A stretch of DNA of 64,000 nt from Tetramitus jugosus (Eukaryota; Protista; Heterolobosea): contig OW569348.1 in the NCBI GenBank assembly GCA_937625935.1, positions 248,001 through 312,000 on the forward strand, given 5' to 3'. A model generated the notes under the pieces. That model saw only the letters and a program-made list of their open reading frames with translations. It ran no database searches and was not told the origin of the DNA. A program made the translations under genes and the position numbers. Below, piece by piece: positions 1-9,011 of the stretch. Numbering within the stretch: the first letter of the stretch is position 1; each line of letters starts with the position of its first letter.

Positions 1-117
1 ATGGACAGATTGCATGTGTTCCCTGATGCTGAGCATCCATTTGAGACTCAACAACCAATATTATATGATCCATTAGGAAAGGACGCAATCTTTAGTGAAA
101 TTATTGAGATTAAATAA
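1..117 (+). CDS. Possible 3' end of a gene entering from the left edge (…PFETQQPILYDPLGKDAIFSEIIEIK*)
   Basis: Frame 1 is open from base 1 to TAA at 115-117. No recognisable motif. Confidence 0.25.
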   Translation: MDRLHVFPDAEHPFETQQPILYDPLGKDAIFSEIIEIK

Positions 118-510
118 GAATTCGTGTGCTTTTTTTTCATCCGATACATATTCATGATGTGTTAATGTTCTCGGTATGAAAGGAACAATGAAAATGCAAG
201 TTACTATTGCTGCACTGGATGCCAAATGAATCTTCTCCCAGGCACAACATTCTTGCGTGAACAATCGTGGTGAGCTCTTTGCAGGACAATTTTTTATAAG
301 TTAATTTTTTTCTTTTGTACAATGTTCGTTTGCATCAACTTCTTTTGCATGTTCTTTCTTGTTGTCCAATGAACCATACCTTCTGTCTTAGTCTTTCACA
401 TTCCAGGCAGAGATGTCAAGTTGCACGTAGCTCCTTGTCAAACTATAGGCAGTGGTAATGATCATGTCCAACCGCAGTAGTAGTAGTAGTAATGATTGTC
501 TCCTGTTTAC

Positions 511-999
511 TCACTGCATATAAGTATCCACATATCTCGTCACACTATCCGCAAACAAATAACAATTAATCTTCTCGTGCAAATTGTACAGTGGATTGGA
601 GATGACATATGGTACAAAGAACTTTGTGTAGATATCGGTCATTTGGTTGTCGAAATCTGGCGCATTCGTATCTGTTAGGAAAATGAACTTGAAACCAGTG
701 GGCGACTCATAAAAATGAAGCTTATAGGTGCTCGTGTTGAATGATCGAAAGTTTTCATTCTCTTTGGGTGCAATACCTTGAACAAAGGCCTTGAGTGAGT
801 AGACTAGACCGTACATGAGCTTCATATCACCCTCCAACCTGATCAATTCCTTCTTTGATCGTTGTTTTTCAAACATTTGAGCCGTTTGTGGTGAATTGGG
901 AGTGTTGGTTCCACTTGAAGCGAGCCTACTGGCGTTAAAGTCCTTGTAGAAGATACATTCTCCTTGTTTGTTGTAAATGTAGCAATTGTACACAACCAT
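511..999 (-). CDS. TRAPPC1: TRAPP complex subunit Bet5/TRAPPC1 (sybindin family)
   Basis: 162 aa; YIYNKQGECIFY, KLMYGLVYSLK and YKLHFYESPTGFKFIFLTD are typical Bet5 motifs. Confidence 0.9.
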   Translation of the reverse strand: MVVYNCYIYNKQGECIFYKDFNASRLASSGTNTPNSPQTAQMFEKQRSKKELIRLEGDMKLMYGLVYSLKAFVQGIAPKENENFRSFNTSTYKLHFYESPTGFKFIFLTDTNAPDFDNQMTDIYTKFFVPYVISNPLYNLHEKINCYLFADSVTRYVDTYMQ

Positions 1000-1173
1000 G
1001 CTTCCTCAAATCAAAAAACTGTATGTGCTGTTCTTGTCTGCTTGTCTGTGATGTTGTTCTGCTTGGAGTTTACAATCGGCGAAAAGTGAACATCGGAAAA
1101 AATTGTTTGAAAAACGCAACAAAAAAAAGTCTAGAGACCAACATCTTTATTTTCGTAATCACCAACAAAGCAA

Positions 1174-1705
1174 ATGTCTGACATTGTTTCATCCGTGGCA
1201 CTCTCCAAGAGAAACCAACATTTCCAATCAGTGTTTGAGAACCCATCTATTTGGGACTGCACAGTTCACACAAGAAAGCAACACTGGTTTTATGTTGCAG
1301 GATGGACCGCTGCATCAGGATTCGGTGGATGGCTCTATGGTATGTAATTTCATCAAGATTGATCCTTTGCTTTATGCCTTCATGTCAGTACCAGCATTTG
1401 GCGCTCACTCTGCTTTTTTTTGCCGCAATCATTTTTCCTTTTTTACAAAAAACTGGCGAATTTTCTTCTTTGGAAACAACACAGGATGGCCAACAAGAAA
1501 GCTTAGCTCTAGATGCGCAGCTGGCATTAGTTTGCTATGTGGTATTGCTTTGTGCCAACAAGACACCTTCTTACGGTTGAAGGGATACAGAGAGAACAGC
1601 CTTGAATTGGCAAAGTTCGGTATTGAAAAGAAACAATTGGTGAAGATTACAAAGAAGAGACCACAAAATCTTGCTGCTCATAATGAAGAGCAAGAAGATG
1701 CCTAA
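1174..1705 (+). CDS. Mitochondrial complex I accessory subunit, NUXM/MNLL (NDUFB1-type); 2 exons: 1174-1339 and 1485-1705
   Basis: Splicing GTATGT(1340)…ACAG(1484) gives MSDIVSS…FQSVFENPSIWDC…WFYVAGWTAASGFGGWLYGWP…GISLLCGIALCQQDTFLRLKGYRENSLE. Two hydrophobic helices followed by Q-x4-RL-x-G-Y-x-EN resemble the fungal NUXM/plant MNLL C-terminus. Not predicted intact by the ORF track. Confidence 0.65.
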
Positions 1706-2297
1706 ACAATTTTTTTTGGACATCCTGTTTTGTCGAAATGGATCCTGTCAACAACAAACATACGTTTGTTATTGTTGATGCTGCTTTGTTCAATACCAAA
1801 AGACAAATATGGACTATGTTTCAGTCACATAATGAAGGAGGAGGTAACCTGTTGATTATTATTAAAGCTAAAGAAATTCTTGCTTTCTATTTTTGTGATC
1901 TTATGTGAAGAATCACCAATCAATCTCGCTCCTATCACAAAGCCCATCTCAAGAAGAATGCAGAGTATTGGTGAGTATCAGGAGAGATTGACTATGTAGA
2001 CCTCAACTTATGCTTCTGTGAATGGGGCGACGAAGGACTGCATGTACCTAGTGCCTCGATGAACCATAACCCAAGTGAATTCCTGGGCTCAGAATCGTCC
2101 GCGGATATCACCTCCAAAGGCCAAAATATGGATGACAGACGACGTCGGTTGTCAAAAATTCTTCAGCGTGGGTCACCGAAAAAAAACGTACAGAAAAAAA
2201 ATACCAATCTCTCTCTTGTTGTGACATCGAACTTTTGACACCATCCTACCACAGAGAGGTAATCAATTATCAGAAAAACGAACCAAACACATAGAAT

Positions 2298-4877
2298 TTG
2301 ATGTCCAGTCCTGTACCTCCTCCATCCCTTTCTGAGAGAGTCTCTCGAAAGGGTGCACCTCCACCAGCACCTCTACTCTCTCCGTCATCTTCATCCTCAT
2401 CGCCGTCATCACCAGTACCGTCCAATAGTAGTAGAGCAAATACTCCGACGCCGGTGAGTGATGCCAATGTATCAGAAACTCCCATTTCACCTGATGGTGA
2501 TCTCTCTCCGTCAACTAATAATAATATCGGTAGTAGTAATAGTAATAGTAGTAGTATTAATGAAAATGACAAGAAGAAATCGAAACCACCACTGCCGAGC
2601 AGAAATCGCAGAAATTGTGCGCTGTTGAGAAAATCGGTTGCTCAAGGCATTTGGGATGCGTCGATGGCGGCGACATTGAACGATGACGGAACGGGTGATG
2701 AGAGTGATGAGCATTCATTGTCGTCAGCTTCACCCTTTACACCATCACAACCGTCATCACCATTCCCATCATCATCATCATCATCACAAGAATCATCATC
2801 ATCAACGACAACACAAGAAGAAGAGCCACAAAATGTAACAATAACAGAAGACGAACAAACAACATCAACACCGACACCAACAACAACAACATCAGCATTA
2901 GAACAACAAGAGCTATCATTAGCTAACAGTGAGGAGTCACCAACGTCAGAAACACCAAGAAAGAAGCTTGCCAGTGAAAAAACAAAAGATGAGCAACGAA
3001 TGGACGTGATCAACGAGATTGTCGCATCAGAGGAACGATATGTCGAAGGTCTTCATTATCTCGATCATTGCTACATTAGTCCACTCAAGCTTATTTTGGC
3101 GCTGCCCACCAACAATCCCAAAGAAATGATTACAATGAAGGAGTTTGGCGCCATTTTCCAGAGTATTTTTGTGATACGAAAGGTGAATGAATTTTTGTTG
3201 TCAATGCTCAAGGCGTTGCTCGCAGGCGAAGCAAAGGAGAATGAAGACAGTATTGGCAAGATTTTTTTGAGTGTGGGTCCCATGCTCAAAACCTATTCAG
3301 ACTATGTGAACAATTATGACTCTATTGTGAGAAATGTGAAGGAGTTGAGAAAGAACAGGCCAAAGTTTGATGGTTTTATGACTGCAGTAGAGAATAGAGC
3401 TCTTCGAGGAGGAAAGGTTCACTTCTTCTCATACATGGTATCCCCAGTGCAACGTATTCCAAGATACAATCTGCTGCTGAGAGAGTTGATTCGTTTCACT
3501 GAAGAAGAGCACGACGACTATGGCAATCTGTCAAAGGCACTTGACTTGACACAGGAGATTAGTGCCCATGTCAATTCTAGATTACATCTCATGGATCAGC
3601 AAAAGAAGGCAATTGATCTACAGCGGACGATTCCAAACATTGAACAATACATTGGCGATTTCTTGCACGGAGGTCGAAGGATATTGTTCGATGGACCTGT
3701 ATATACGAAGAAAAAGTCATTGGTCTCCGACAAGTCCAAAGAATATGTACTTTATTTGATGAATGATTTGTTTCTTCTGGTCAGGAAGAACAAGTATCAA
3801 GTGCACGGATTTCTGAACGAGACGCCTCAATTATGGGTGTTCGCTGATCCAGCACACAATGAAGTGTTCACACTTGTGACACAGGCTCAAGTGTACAGAT
3901 TCCATGCAGAGAGTGCAGAGAGAAGGAATGCATGGGTCGATCGTATCACAGACGCCATTTCAGAAAGTCAAAAGCTTATTACCGGATCAAAGGAAAACAT
4001 GGCAAAGGCTGTTCTACATAGGAGAATTGGTCGCAATGGTGATCCTGTTCGGATCGTCATGGCACAGACAACCAATGTAAGTGGCGGTTGCGAATTCAAT
4101 TCAGGAGATCACCTGATTGTGCACTATGAATTTAATGATGGGACAGGCATTGTGTCGCTTGCTAGAGACAATACACTGGCAGTCAGAGTACCAGTCAGTT
4201 GCTACCGAGAAATGGCAATCAGCGAGAAATTGGCTTGCGAGTACATTACTAATTCTGAAAGGCAGAAACTCTCCAAGGAGTTTTCCAACTCTGGGGCCAA
4301 CACCCCACGAAGCTGTCTCAGTGACGAATCGGCGGATAATGATGACAACACAGACGATGTGTCTAGTGATGTTATGGATCCTAGCCCTCGGCCGTTGCAT
4401 GGACAGTCAAGTAACAACAAGAGTCAAAAGATTGTTCCAGCACTGCCGACTGCGTCCAAGGCGCAGGATTCAACTTCGCCAAGGGAGAAGGAAACAAGAA
4501 GAGACAGCCTTACGTCTCGCGTCCGTAATATATTATCTCCAAGGCATACTGAAGACCACAATGCTGCTTCTGCCTTGAAGAGTCCAAGGCACTCTGACCA
4601 AATCGCTACCCCGCCTCCGCCTCCTGCTCGTTCGAGAAGAATGTCCTGCAATGATGGTCAACTTCAAGTCTCTGAGAAAGATTTGGCGTCGAAGATTCCT
4701 TTGCTTCAAAAGTCGCCCAGAGATGCAGCAAGAACAGGTTCTGTTAAGCTCAGCCCGAATCACTTGGAAGATCAGACAGCCGATGAGAAACCAGTTGCCC
4801 CTTGGATGCTAGAGCTGAAGCAAAAGCGTCTTCGCCCAAAAGCAACAGAGGAAGGAACAGATCCACCAAAGCTATAA
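2298..4877 (+). CDS. Dbl-family RhoGEF (DH-PH) with a degenerate SH3-like segment and Pro-rich tails
   Basis: VINEIVASEERYV, YSDYVNNY and PVQRIPRYNLLLREL (DH); LYLMNDLFLL…AESAERRNAWVDRI (PH). Confidence 0.92.
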   Translation: MMSSPVPPPSLSERVSRKGAPPPAPLLSPSSSSSSPSSPVPSNSSRANTPTPVSDANVSETPISPDGDLSPSTNNNIGSSNSNSSSINENDKKKSKPPLPSRNRRNCALLRKSVAQGIWDASMAATLNDDGTGDESDEHSLSSASPFTPSQPSSPFPSSSSSSQESSSSTTTQEEEPQNVTITEDEQTTSTPTPTTTTSALEQQELSLANSEESPTSETPRKKLASEKTKDEQRMDVINEIVASEERYVEGLHYLDHCYISPLKLILALPTNNPKEMITMKEFGAIFQSIFVIRKVNEFLLSMLKALLAGEAKENEDSIGKIFLSVGPMLKTYSDYVNNYDSIVRNVKELRKNRPKFDGFMTAVENRALRGGKVHFFSYMVSPVQRIPRYNLLLRELIRFTEEEHDDYGNLSKALDLTQEISAHVNSRLHLMDQQKKAIDLQRTIPNIEQYIGDFLHGGRRILFDGPVYTKKKSLVSDKSKEYVLYLMNDLFLLVRKNKYQVHGFLNETPQLWVFADPAHNEVFTLVTQAQVYRFHAESAERRNAWVDRITDAISESQKLITGSKENMAKAVLHRRIGRNGDPVRIVMAQTTNVSGGCEFNSGDHLIVHYEFNDGTGIVSLARDNTLAVRVPVSCYREMAISEKLACEYITNSERQKLSKEFSNSGANTPRSCLSDESADNDDNTDDVSSDVMDPSPRPLHGQSSNNKSQKIVPALPTASKAQDSTSPREKETRRDSLTSRVRNILSPRHTEDHNAASALKSPRHSDQIATPPPPPARSRRMSCNDGQLQVSEKDLASKIPLLQKSPRDAARTGSVKLSPNHLEDQTADEKPVAPWMLELKQKRLRPKATEEGTDPPKL

Positions 4878-4892
4878 TATAATGCAGAAGTT

Positions 4893-6617
4893 TCATTTTG
4901 TTTTGAATGATTGTATGGCCTTCAATAGTTCTTTTCTTCTTGCCTCATCTTCGTCGAAGGGGATGGCTCTCATAGCAAACTGAAGGAACCACAAAGGCGC
5001 TGAAGAGCGCAATGATCTCTGTTCCATGTCGTCACATATGATGTAGCTAAGCTTTTTCCAGTCGTGTACAAATGGAGAGAAGAGAGCTGTTACTTCGGAA
5101 TCCATGAGAGACAGATTCATAATCGTAATGAGTGCACATTCTCTGAAGGTCGGATGCATCAATATGAGGTCGAATGATTGAGAGTTTCTCTGAACAACGA
5201 TTGCCTTCTTTTCGATACAAGTGTCAAACAACCCTGTTGATCTCGCTGTTTTATCATGTTCCAGGTTACTATAGAGAAGATCCATAATCGTCTCTGCAAT
5301 CATCGACCCTTCTCCAGAGAACATATCGGGCATGAGTCGCATGAGTTGTGACAAATTTGCAATACAAATGAGTAAATAGTGTTCGACTTTGAAATTAAGT
5401 GTTGTTGCTTCTGTGATCGTCGTACTCCTAACTTCACAGAATAAGTTGAATAGTTGTGTACCCACTGTCGAATTGTTTTTCATCAGAGTATATCCATGCC
5501 ATTGATGCAATTTTGTCCTCGAAAAAGGTGGAGTCATGTCACAAGGAAAGTACAACAATAATGATAGTATCTCTGCACAATGTTCCAGTTGGTTTCCTTG
5601 TTCATTACGAGACTTTAGCAATTCTTCCATCAATTGTACAATCTCTGCCAATACAGGAGAATAAATGGTTGCAAATCGATCAACAAGTGCAATCGGCAAA
5701 ATAGCAATCATGGTCATTAGCACTTGATCCTCGATCAATACAATCAATTTTTGGGTCGATTCTTCCATTACGAACTGATACTCATGACTTCGAAAGAAAT
5801 GTAAAAATTGAGAGCAATGAACAACGAGATGAGCCGATTTCTCTTCATACTTCTTCACAAATCCAGTCTTGTAACTCAGGATGACAATGGTTTGCAACGT
5901 TTGAAAGAAAACGTTTAGAACTTCAGAGTTCTTCCAATCATTCTTTGCAAACACGAGTAAAATATTGTAAAACACATGGAAATACCCTTCCATTTCATCC
6001 AATTGCTTCTCCCTCATTTCAATCTCCTCAGGTATCGTAAACTGTTCCTTGAACACGGTTTGAATAATCTGAAATTGCATTACAATAATCTTGAAGCGTA
6101 AATTGTCCAACAAAAGCAACGATTGATCACCTGATACAATGGAAGACAGCGACGAAGATGCCAAAATTCCAAATTCTTGTCCAGACGACGATGACTGATG
6201 ATTCAAGTCACCTTCACATTCACTCTCATCCAAACATTCATCATCCTTGTTCTCTCTTGAATCATTTTCATCAACTCTCACACTCATTGTGCTCTTATTG
6301 GATCGCTCAACAAGACGAGAAAACTTTTCACAGTCAATCAGCTCTACAGTCACCCTTTCCATGTATAAGAGTAGACCTGCCTCTAAAAACTCCTTGATCA
6401 ATTGATTGATCAGTTCTGGATCTCTTGTGCTCAAATGCTTCTGTATCATGACAATATCACTGAACCAATCATGAACACGATGCAAATCATCATGTGACTC
6501 GATTGACTGAGCAAATTGGTTGCGCAGTTTGGAGAGACGATCTTGCTTGTCTGTCAGTGCCATGATGCAGTGAAGACAGCGGTCAGTGTCTTGGATGTGA
6601 CCTCCAAAGAAACTCAT
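4893..6617 (-). CDS. Hypothetical alpha-helical (ARM/HEAT-like) protein
   Basis: Long Leu-rich ORF, first ATG at 6617; segments such as LLICIANLSQ and ALITIMNLS are ARM-like. Confidence 0.6.
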   Translation of the reverse strand: MSFFGGHIQDTDRCLHCIMALTDKQDRLSKLRNQFAQSIESHDDLHRVHDWFSDIVMIQKHLSTRDPELINQLIKEFLEAGLLLYMERVTVELIDCEKFSRLVERSNKSTMSVRVDENDSRENKDDECLDESECEGDLNHQSSSSGQEFGILASSSLSSIVSGDQSLLLLDNLRFKIIVMQFQIIQTVFKEQFTIPEEIEMREKQLDEMEGYFHVFYNILLVFAKNDWKNSEVLNVFFQTLQTIVILSYKTGFVKKYEEKSAHLVVHCSQFLHFFRSHEYQFVMEESTQKLIVLIEDQVLMTMIAILPIALVDRFATIYSPVLAEIVQLMEELLKSRNEQGNQLEHCAEILSLLLYFPCDMTPPFSRTKLHQWHGYTLMKNNSTVGTQLFNLFCEVRSTTITEATTLNFKVEHYLLICIANLSQLMRLMPDMFSGEGSMIAETIMDLLYSNLEHDKTARSTGLFDTCIEKKAIVVQRNSQSFDLILMHPTFRECALITIMNLSLMDSEVTALFSPFVHDWKKLSYIICDDMEQRSLRSSAPLWFLQFAMRAIPFDEDEARRKELLKAIQSFKTK

Positions 6618-6702
6618 TTTTTTCAAGTCAAAGATCCTTTGTTTTATGTGTGTAAGCTTGCACAAAAAGAAATTGAAGTTTGGATCAGATTAATTTTATT
6701 CT

Positions 6703-8097
6703 TTACTTTTTCAAGAAGGAAGAAGCTTCAGACTTCTTCTTCATCTTGGAGCTGGTCACATAGCAAGCTTGAGCAGCAGACTTTGTGTTGGTGGATCTCT
6801 CATAGTTGGAACTCATCCAATAATTGTTCATCTTCTTGCTACCAATTGATTCATATTCTGACTTGCTTTGCATATCACCCAAGCAATCTTCCAAGTCCTG
6901 CACCAATCCTTGGCAAAAGTTTTCCTTTGAGGTGTCAGATTGTTGGATATTTGCTACGGTGCTTTGTAGCAACTTTCTAGCTTCTTCCAACTTGTTTTGG
7001 TTGGCCAAGTTTCTACCGAGTTCCAATGCTCTGGCACACTCGACTCTGTTTCTCTGTTCGTCCAATGTTGGGTTGACAGAGACGTTAGGTGGCATGGTGT
7101 CCACTCTAGCAATCTTTGCAATTTGTTCCACAGAAACGCTCTCGGTTTCAATCACATTAAAGTAGTTGAGGGTAACTTGGACCAATTCTTGCACTTCGAC
7201 TGCAGTACTCACATCGTTCAACTTGACGGTGAACACTAGATTCTTTGATTCTTCACTGTACAGGTCACCAACAATGATTTCAATGTGGTTCAATGGATCA
7301 ACTTCAGTCTTTCTGTATGAAGAGAGAATAGATCCGATCTCAACTCCGTTTTGCCTAGTCTTAATAGTAACCTTAATGTTTTGAGCGAGGACAGACAACA
7401 AACCACCGAGGCAGTCACTGAATGTCTCAGGGATTGCTTCTGCAGTTTCGAGGTAGTAGTAGAGACCATTACCGGCCTCACTGACAGCTCTCAACATGTT
7501 GGCATCGTGATCAGCTCCAAAACCAAATGAGAACACTGAGACAGATCTTCCAATTTGTTCAAGCTTGTTTCTAACGGCAACAACAATCTCAGAGCTCTTG
7601 CTGATACCTTCATTGGCCAAACCGTCAGTGAAAACGAGAAGTGAAGTCACAGTGTCAGCAGTAGATCTGTCCTTTGTAGCTCCCACGATATCCAATCCTT
7701 GCAACACGCCACCACAGAGGTTCGTGCAGCTACCAGGGTAAATTTGAGAGATGAGTTTCTTGGCTTCTTCCTTGCCGTCTGCGTCCATCAATCTTGATGT
7801 GAGAACGGTGCTAATATCAGAGTCAAACAAAACCAGAGACAACTTGTCCATCTCCTTCAATTGTTCCACCATGAACAACAGTGTCTTCTTCATCAGTTCA
7901 ATCTTCTCTCCGCTCATGGAACCAGATTTGTCAATGACACAGACAATGTCAATAGGGGCTCTGCCTCCAGTCTCTTCAGAGTCGTAGTGAGGTGCCGTGA
8001 GGGTGACCATAGTGTACAGTTCCTTGCTTTGTGGACTGAGAGTTACCATTGGGTACTCTGTGGTAATTTTCATGCTCAGGTTGGTTGCAGATGTCAT
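6703..8097 (-). CDS. von Willebrand factor A domain protein with Vwaint-like C-terminus
   Basis: MIDAS DIVCVIDKSGSM, LLVFTDGLAN, FSFGFGADHD, FSDCLGGLLS. Confidence 0.9.
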   Translation of the reverse strand: MTSATNLSMKITTEYPMVTLSPQSKELYTMVTLTAPHYDSEETGGRAPIDIVCVIDKSGSMSGEKIELMKKTLLFMVEQLKEMDKLSLVLFDSDISTVLTSRLMDADGKEEAKKLISQIYPGSCTNLCGGVLQGLDIVGATKDRSTADTVTSLLVFTDGLANEGISKSSEIVVAVRNKLEQIGRSVSVFSFGFGADHDANMLRAVSEAGNGLYYYLETAEAIPETFSDCLGGLLSVLAQNIKVTIKTRQNGVEIGSILSSYRKTEVDPLNHIEIIVGDLYSEESKNLVFTVKLNDVSTAVEVQELVQVTLNYFNVIETESVSVEQIAKIARVDTMPPNVSVNPTLDEQRNRVECARALELGRNLANQNKLEEARKLLQSTVANIQQSDTSKENFCQGLVQDLEDCLGDMQSKSEYESIGSKKMNNYWMSSNYERSTNTKSAAQACYVTSSKMKKKSEASSFLKK

Positions 8098-8405
8098 TTT
8101 GAAAATGTAAGTGGCTTAGGCTTGTGTGTACAAACAGTAATAAGTAATTACAGGGGTTGGTTCTTGTGTTTTGTTGTAGTTTGTTGTGGAACGAAAAGAA
8201 CTCGTCACAAATTGATGTGCTTAAAAGGGCCACGAAGAACATTGCACCTGGAGAATGAACAGCACGATCAGTTCCAGTTCCAAGGAAGTACTGTTTCGGA
8301 AAAAAATGCAAAAATGTTGGCATTTTTTTCATGCATCCCTCTGAACGAAAAGGAATTCTTCTTTACTCTGAGTCAGTTCCACGAAGAAAAAAACACTGTG
8401 GCAAG

Positions 8406-8419
8406 CGCAGCGACGTAAA
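8406..8419. repeat. Target-site duplication, left copy (right copy 8802-8815)
   Basis: CGCAGCGACGTAAA (8406-8419) vs CGCAGCGAAGTAAA (8802-8815), 13/14 identical, bracketing the retroelement exactly. Confidence 0.85.
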
Positions 8420-8801
8420 TTTTTTTTTTTTTTAAATACAACCATTTCGGTTGCTCTTTTTATTGTCTTGCTTATTCACTTGCCTACGCTCGAAGAGCGT
8501 AGGCCCTGGTTAGTTACCAGTTGGTAGGCAATGATTCTCGGAGAGCGTCATTGCCGTTGATTACATTTATCCTTCGTTGTAGTGAACAGGTGGTGGAGAG
8601 TCTTAAGACATCTCCTCTTGACACTATTCACATAAGTTTTGGCTTTCTTCTGTGCCAATGGCTTCTTCATTCCTCCAGACATAAGACCCTCAGCGACCTC
8701 CATGATGGCGTCCGTTTCTATGCCCATCATTCCTTGCAGCAGTTCACGGCTAGACTTTTTGATTGGTTGCCTCACAACCTTTCCTTCCTTCAGTCGCACC
8801 A
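8420..8801 (-). mobile_element. 5'-truncated non-LTR retrotransposon, copy A (ORF C-terminus, structured 3' UTR, poly(A))
   Basis: T14 at 8420-8433 (poly-A on minus), AATAAA at 8464-8459, ORF end …KKAKTYVNSVKRRCLKTLHHLF…Q* (stop 8550-8548), flanking TSD. Homologous to 12401-12595 (DNA) and to the RT-bearing copy at 63413-64000 (protein and 3' end). Confidence 0.88.
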
Positions 8802-8855
8802 CGCAGCGAAGTAAAAAGCATCGACCCGACTTCGAATTCTTAATAAACATGGAAA

Positions 8856-8927
8856 GGGGGGTTAGCTCAGCGGTAGAGCATCTGACTCCAGATCAGCAGG
8901 TCGGGCGTTCAATTCGCTCACTCCTCA
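8856..8927 (+). tRNA. tRNA-Trp (CCA)
   Basis: Cloverleaf GGGGGGT-TA-GCTC AGCGGTA GAGC-A-TCTGA CTCCAGA TCAGC-AGGTC-GGGCG TTCAATT CGCTC-ACTCCTC-A, with T-runs downstream. Confidence 0.95.
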
Positions 8928-9011
8928 ATAGCTTTTACTTGTTTTTTGTTGTTTGAATCTTTCGCGTTGTATTGATCACCTCACATATTTCACACAACTC
9001 AAATTCAAACA

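Noticed and set aside
8548-8850. 100-aa ORF as a host gene
   Set aside because: It is the retroelement ORF C-terminus plus a chance upstream ATG outside the TSD.
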